This document shows, one piece after another, positions 15,173-17,493 of a stretch of 17,493 nt of DNA. A program made the position numbers and the translations under genes. A model generated the notes under the pieces. That model was given only the letters and a program-made list of their open reading frames with translations. It had not been told where the DNA came from and ran no database searches. Where the stretch lies: the NCBI GenBank assembly GCA_963809895.1, contig CAWELD010000002.1, forward strand, positions 1 through 17,493, given 5' to 3'. The first letter of the stretch is position 1; each line of letters begins with the position of its first letter. This DNA is from an uncultured Gemmatimonadales bacterium. GTDB lineage: Bacteria; Gemmatimonadota; Gemmatimonadetes; Longimicrobiales; Gaopeijiaceae.

Positions 15173-16552
15173 TCAGGTCACCAGCCGATGACGGTCGATC
15201 ATACGGTCGAGCCTCGGCCGCGAGATGTCCAGGATGCGCGCCGTGGCGCTCTTGTTTCCGCCGGTCTTCATGAGGACGCGCTGGACATAGCGACGCTCCA
15301 GATCCTCGAGGCTCCCGGGGTCGGAATCGGCCTCGGGCTCCATCTCCTGCTCGCTGCCGAGTATGCCGTCCACCGCCGCATCGCCCGCCCGGCCGCCCAC
15401 GTCCTTGACGGTCAGTGCCGGCCCCCGGCACAGGGCGACCGCCCGCGTCAGGATGTTTTCGAGCTCCCGTACGTTGCCCGGCCAATCGCGGCTCACCAAC
15501 TCGGCCATCACGGTCGGTGGCACCACCGGAACTGGGCGACCCAGGGTGTCACCGGCCGCCGCCAGCAGATGGCTGACCAGCAGAGGGATGTCGGAACGGC
15601 GTGCCCGCAAGGGCGGGACGTGAATCTCGATGACCTGAAGTCGGAAGTAGAGGTCCTCGCGGAACTCCCCTGCTCGTACCAGCTCTTCCAGGGGCTGGTG
15701 CGTGGCGGCGATGACCCTGGCCCGCGTCCTTCGCAGATCCTCACCCCCCAGCCGGTAGAACTCGCGCTCCTGAAGCACGCGGAGGAGCTTCGCCTGGAAC
15801 GCCAGGCTGGTGTCGCCGATTTCGTCCAGGAAGATGGTGCCGTCGCCAGCCAGTTCGAAGCGTCCGAGCCGGTCGGCGCTCGCCCCGGTGAATGCGCCCT
15901 TCACGTGTCCGAAGAGCTCGGACTCGAGAAGGCTGTCCGGTACCGCCGCGCAGTTCACCGGGACGAAGGGCTCCGACGCGTAGGCCGAGTTTTCGTGTAT
16001 GGCGCGAGCCACCAGCTCCTTGCCCGTTCCGGTCTCACCCCGGATCAGCACGGCCGCGCGACTCGACGCGAGCGTGCCGACCGTCTTGTAGAGCTCCATC
16101 ATTACGGGATCCCGCCCGACCAGCCCACCCGCCGTGCCCTGTAGACAGGGCGGAGCCGCGCCGTCTTGTTGGGTGCTGCGCTGCTCGGAGAAACAGCGGC
16201 GCAGAATGTCGTCGAGCTGGTCCAGGTCCAGCGGCTTCACCAGGTAGTCGTAGGCCCCGTCCTTCATGGCGTCGATGGCGCCCTGGATGCCGGCGAAGCC
16301 CGTCACCACGACCACCTCCACCCCGGGGGCGTCGGCTCGGATGCGGCGCAGGAGCTCGAAGCCCGTCATCTCCGGCATCTGGATGTCCGTGATCACGACC
16401 TGGGGTCGGAATTCGTCGATCCGGGCCAAGGCCCGGAGGGCGTCCTCGACGGCCATGACCCGGTAGCCCTCGCGGGTCAAGTGTCGCTCCAGTGTGAGGC
16501 GGTGCGCCTCGTCGTCTTCCACGAGGAGAATGCGTTGCTCGTGCTCGCTCAT
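15173..16552 (-). CDS. Sigma54-dependent response regulator (receiver, AAA+ and Fis-type HTH; NtrC/AtoC/PilR family)
   Basis: ATG 16552 (MSEHEQRILLVEDD) overlaps the kinase stop (ATGA); phospho-Asp VITDIQMP; YLVKP; GETGTGKE; ESELFGHVKGAFTGA; IFLDEIG; WPGNVRELEN; HTH GGNKSATARILDISRPRL. Confidence 0.95.
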   Translation of the reverse strand: MSEHEQRILLVEDDEAHRLTLERHLTREGYRVMAVEDALRALARIDEFRPQVVITDIQMPEMTGFELLRRIRADAPGVEVVVVTGFAGIQGAIDAMKDGAYDYLVKPLDLDQLDDILRRCFSEQRSTQQDGAAPPCLQGTAGGLVGRDPVMMELYKTVGTLASSRAAVLIRGETGTGKELVARAIHENSAYASEPFVPVNCAAVPDSLLESELFGHVKGAFTGASADRLGRFELAGDGTIFLDEIGDTSLAFQAKLLRVLQEREFYRLGGEDLRRTRARVIAATHQPLEELVRAGEFREDLYFRLQVIEIHVPPLRARRSDIPLLVSHLLAAAGDTLGRPVPVVPPTVMAELVSRDWPGNVRELENILTRAVALCRGPALTVKDVGGRAGDAAVDGILGSEQEMEPEADSDPGSLEDLERRYVQRVLMKTGGNKSATARILDISRPRLDRMIDRHRLVT

Positions 16553-17493
16553 GACAACCCGCGCTGTGGTTCGGGGCGAGGAACGGTGCGACCCGCGATG
16601 GAACGGTCGGGCCCCACCGTCATCCACTGGGGCAGGTACACGCGTGACGTCGACACCTGCTCGGAGGCGACCGCGGCAAGGGGCACCTCCACGACGAACT
16701 CGGCGCCGCTCTCCGTCTCCGGAAGCTCGGCCAGGTAGAGATCGCCGCCGCCGTCGCGCATGGTCCGTTGCGCGGCCGCGAGGCCGATTCCAGAGCCATT
16801 GCCTTTGGTCGTGAAGAACGGTTGAAAGATCCGGTCTCGGAGCCTGGGCGGAATGCCGGAGCCGGTGTCTCGCACGTGGATGGCGACATTGGGTCGTCCG
16901 TCGCCCGAGACGGCGAGGCGTGACGAGATCACGATGGCGCCGCCTTCGGGTTGGGCCTCCACGGCGTTTACCAGCAAGTTCATCAGGACGCCCTTGAATT
17001 GGCCCGGAACGGCCAGGACCCGGTCGGCCGCGGGATCCAACTCGACGTTGATGTCCACACCGGCTTCGCGGCACTGTTCAGCCATGAGCTGGACCGCTTC
17101 CTCCACGATACCGAGGACGCTCACCTCGACGCGCTGGCCGCCCGAGTTGGCGCCGAGCCGCAGCACCTGATTGACCGAGCTGGCGAGGCGATCGACCTCA
17201 CGCAGGCTCAGCTCCATCAGCTCCCGGGAATCCTCGGGGACGCGGCCGTGACGCAGATCCCTGTCCAGGACCTGGAGGTTCATGCGGATGGAGCTGAGCG
17301 GGTTGCGGATCTCGTGGGCCAGGTAGGACGTCAGCCGCCCCACCACTGCCAAGCGGCCTTCCTGGTCGACGCGTTGGATCATCTGGCGGAGCCGCTCGAG
17401 CATCTGGGCGAACGCCATGCTCAGGCGGCCGACCTCATCGTTGCCGGGGGGCGGCAACCAGGGGTCGAGGTCGCCGTCGCCGATCCGTTCTGC
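16549..17493 (-). CDS. Sensor histidine kinase with HAMP domain (5' part outside window)
   Basis: Frame open to the window end (AERIGDGDLDPWLPPPGNDEVGRLSMAFAQM, HAMP-like); H-box LAHEIRNPLSSI; N-box NLLVNAVEA; G1 DTGSGI; F-box FQPFFTTK; G2 GSGIGL. Confidence 0.95.
   Translation of the reverse strand, partial: AERIGDGDLDPWLPPPGNDEVGRLSMAFAQMLERLRQMIQRVDQEGRLAVVGRLTSYLAHEIRNPLSSIRMNLQVLDRDLRHGRVPEDSRELMELSLREVDRLASSVNQVLRLGANSGGQRVEVSVLGIVEEAVQLMAEQCREAGVDINVELDPAADRVLAVPGQFKGVLMNLLVNAVEAQPEGGAIVISSRLAVSGDGRPNVAIHVRDTGSGIPPRLRDRIFQPFFTTKGNGSGIGLAAAQRTMRDGGGDLYLAELPETESGAEFVVEVPLAAVASEQVSTSRVYLPQWMTVGPDRSIAGRTVPRPEPQRGLS

Noticed and set aside
350..16144. Long plus-strand ORFs (e.g. 350..1651, 1844..3166, 7103..8257, 11868..12920, 15188..16144)
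   Set aside because: They lie antisense to well-supported genes, show no recognisable motifs, and are the expected stop-poor shadow frames of high-GC coding DNA.
16553..17074. 174-aa N-terminal extension of the response regulator in the ORF track
   Set aside because: It overlaps the kinase gene out of frame; the receiver domain starts at ATG 16552 with an ATGA coupling.

Overview
High-GC bacterial DNA in which all credible genes lie on the minus strand. Read in transcription order (right to left): a HAMP sensor histidine kinase (cut by the window end), a sigma54-dependent NtrC/AtoC-type response regulator, and a small protein made of two similar domains (DUF6812-like, possibly Sm-fold). Next is a ~400 bp intergenic region with a sigma54-type promoter layout (palindromic activator site, IHF-like site, -24/-12 box), followed by a Tad/Flp (type IVc) pilus operon: flp, tadV/cpaA, tadE, cpaB, cpaC secretin, tadG-like, cpaE, cpaF, tadB, tadC. 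A tightly coupled four-gene accessory module follows tadC: DUF192, a second non-TadA AAA+ ATPase, a membrane-anchored 23-aa beta-repeat protein and a Trp-rich membrane protein. After a strong hairpin come a zinc aminopeptidase-like lipoprotein and a GH30-like lipoprotein that runs off the window start and is missing from the ORF track. tadB carries two single-base frameshifts and tadG one; these may be sequencing or assembly errors. No RNA genes, CRISPR arrays or mobile elements were seen. Family assignments come from motif recognition by eye, not from database searches.
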